DNA of 62,984 nucleotides, the filler included, from Reclinomonas americana ATCC 50394 (taxonomy: Eukaryota), in the NCBI GenBank assembly GCA_048213135.1. It is 3 parts of one record of this genome, joined end to end, with 100 filler letters (N's around TTAATTAATTAA, not from the genome) between each part and the next. Parts side by side here need not be neighbours in the genome. Positions count along the whole stretch, not along the records: positions 50,097 to 62,984 come from PS015031.1; 2 more parts are not named here. One strand, 5' to 3'. Below the pieces are notes generated by a model that did no database searches, had not been told where the DNA came from, and saw only the letters and a program-made list of their open reading frames with translations. A program made the position numbers and the translations under genes. Below, one piece after another: positions 61,051 to 62,984 of this stretch (position 1 is its first letter; each line of letters begins with the position of its first letter).

Positions 61051-62984
61051 TTACTCCCCATACAACCCATCCGGAAAGCGCTCCATCAGCGCCTGCGCAT
61101 GCTCCAGATCGTTCACCCGGTGCACATTGATCGACTCATCGGTGATGGGCTCGAAGAAGAACCACGCCCCCTTCTGAGAGAACACATCGTGGAGGCGCAT
61201 GTCGGAGGCGAAGTGGATCGGCAGTCCGGACTTGACAAAGTAATGTGGGAAGCCGCAGTCCTCGCTCCCCACGCGGTTGATCGCCGAGATGGAGGTGGTG
61301 CGTCGCAGAAACTCCACCAGATCCCACGACACAAAGAATGCCGCGCCGAGTGGGCACTCGAAGATTTGCATGTCGCGCGAGGTCACAAAGCCCTGTCCCC
61401 ACAACAGTCGCTCGCGTGGCAGCCGTCGCAGTTCGCGCTCAAACATCACCGGGCGTGAGAACGCGTCCATGTCCACACGGCCGACATAGCGCAGAGTCTT
61501 GTTGCGCCCGTACGTGTCGTGTGCAAACGCCTGCCACTCCTTGCTCTTGCCCTGCCGGCAGCTATCGCGCACGTCCATGAACGCAAAGTCGCCGTGCGTC
61601 GAATATTCCTCGTGCAGCCGCCGCACGTGCTCCGCGGTGGAGAAGCGTGGCCGGCCGGTCACGAAAATCACTTGCACCGTGCCGTTCGGGTTGTGCTGCG
61701 GGTGATACACGTTGCGGTAGCGCATCCACGTCTGTCGCGCACGGTCACGTGCTACAAAGTCCACGTCGGTGCACCAGGCGCCGACGAGAATGCGCACACG
61801 CGGACCCAGTGGAGGAGGTGGGTGAGCGCGCACAAAGCGCGAACCGCACACGGCACACTCGATCAGTGGCGGCTCCCCACGACCCGAGTTCATCTGGAAG
61901 CCGTGCAGCAATGGTGCGATACTCGGCAGGGCGCGCCTGTATCGCCAACGTTCATACGGACCCGGTAAGCGCAGTGAGACGTGCTCGTCGACGTCGCCCG
62001 ACCACTCGGGCGGTTGCGGGAGTGGTGTTGCGGGGAGGAAGCGCTCGTACACGGTGGAGGGTGGCTGTGCGAGCAACAGGGGGAAAGGAGGGAGAGAGAG
62101 CGTGGTCAGTTTCTGCCAAACACGCGGTTCTTCTCTCTGTCTCCCTCGCTCCCTCACACTTACCACAAAGAACCATGCAAAGACCTGCAGGTGGTGTGTG
62201 CACAAATTAGGAGTCAGCAAACCAGCGAGGCCACGTGTGGTGCAAACCTCGGGTTCGCGCATGAGTCGCTCCGTGGCGGCCCGAACGAGTGCTGGCTCAT
62301 GCACACCGACTCGCGGGCGACTCAAGTACGGGTTTCGATCAGCAACACTGAACGAGGGCAGTTCGTCTGGCAGCGGAGCGCCTGTGTTGTAGAGGATTGA
62401 GACAGCGCGAAAGACTAGCAGCGGCAGCACAAGAAGTGAGTGCACCTGGCACAGCCACTCCAGGCACCACGAATGCGAAGTATTCTTTAGGGGTGGGGGG
62501 AGATTTCAACGGAATGGTGAACCCCTTGCGCAGGTACTCCATGCGCGACAGGCGAAAGTCAACAGGCTTGGGCTGTGAAGAGATGGTGCACGTGAGTGGG
62601 GAGGGTGCAGGAACGATGAGCGGAAGGTGGCTGGTACCTCAGGCAAGTTGCGCTCCAACTGGAGGCGCATGGCCAGCTCCATGGCTGGAACAAACGCAGT
62701 CTCCAGCTCTTGCACTCTGGCAAACTCCTCGGCTGCGCGCATCGATCAGCATGCGCAGGAGGCACTCCCGCATCAACGCAAGCAACACGAAAGCTCACCA
62801 ATGAGGCGCAAGTCAGAGCCGTCGACAGCGATCGACAGCACATGCACGCGACCACGGAGCACGAGACCAACACGGCGTCGTGGAGAAGACGACCGCTGCA
62901 GGAGTGAAGCAGGCTGGACGAGGGTGATGTTAGAAGGAAGAAGAAAAAGAGAAGTATAAGGAGGAAGACGAGGAGGAGGAAGGA
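61051..62984 (-). CDS. Glycosyltransferase family 31 (beta-1,3-GalT-like) protein, 5'-partial
   Basis: RDRARQTW, VIFVTG, EE...HGDF, GKS..W, DxD motif RVDMDAF, GAAFFVSWDLV and SED. Upstream exons continue toward the window edge. Confidence 0.8.

Overview
Draft-assembly window from a GC-rich, gene-dense, intron-rich microbial eukaryote (species not identifiable from sequence). Introns are mostly short (roughly 45-100 nt) and CT/CA microsatellites are common. There are many 20-N gaps and two artificial N-TTAATTAATTAA-N linkers. I spliced about 20 genes by hand. They include two tandem NHL/FN3/cadherin-like surface proteins, a PAN/apple protein, a 7TM protein, a PAAT/C10orf88 homolog, two very long Gly/Thr-rich proteins resembling phage tail fibres, a METTL21-like methyltransferase, a MAP2K-like kinase and GT61 and GT31 glycosyltransferases. 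Also present are three tandem intronless GRDP-like/SUMO-like fusions ending in -GC, CTU1 (middle contig mis-oriented), an acidic membrane protein, a Kv channel, a 10-exon lysozyme-like gene invisible to the ORF track, a decayed RLE non-LTR retrotransposon, a macro domain and a Crinkler-type NTPase+REase. The strongest cross-cutting signal is a frequent class of 5' splice sites with an extra T (GTTGCGT, GTTGAGT, GTTAAGT, GTTTCGT), about 31 in this window, almost always after an exon that does not end in G. All gene models are manual, with no transcript or database support.
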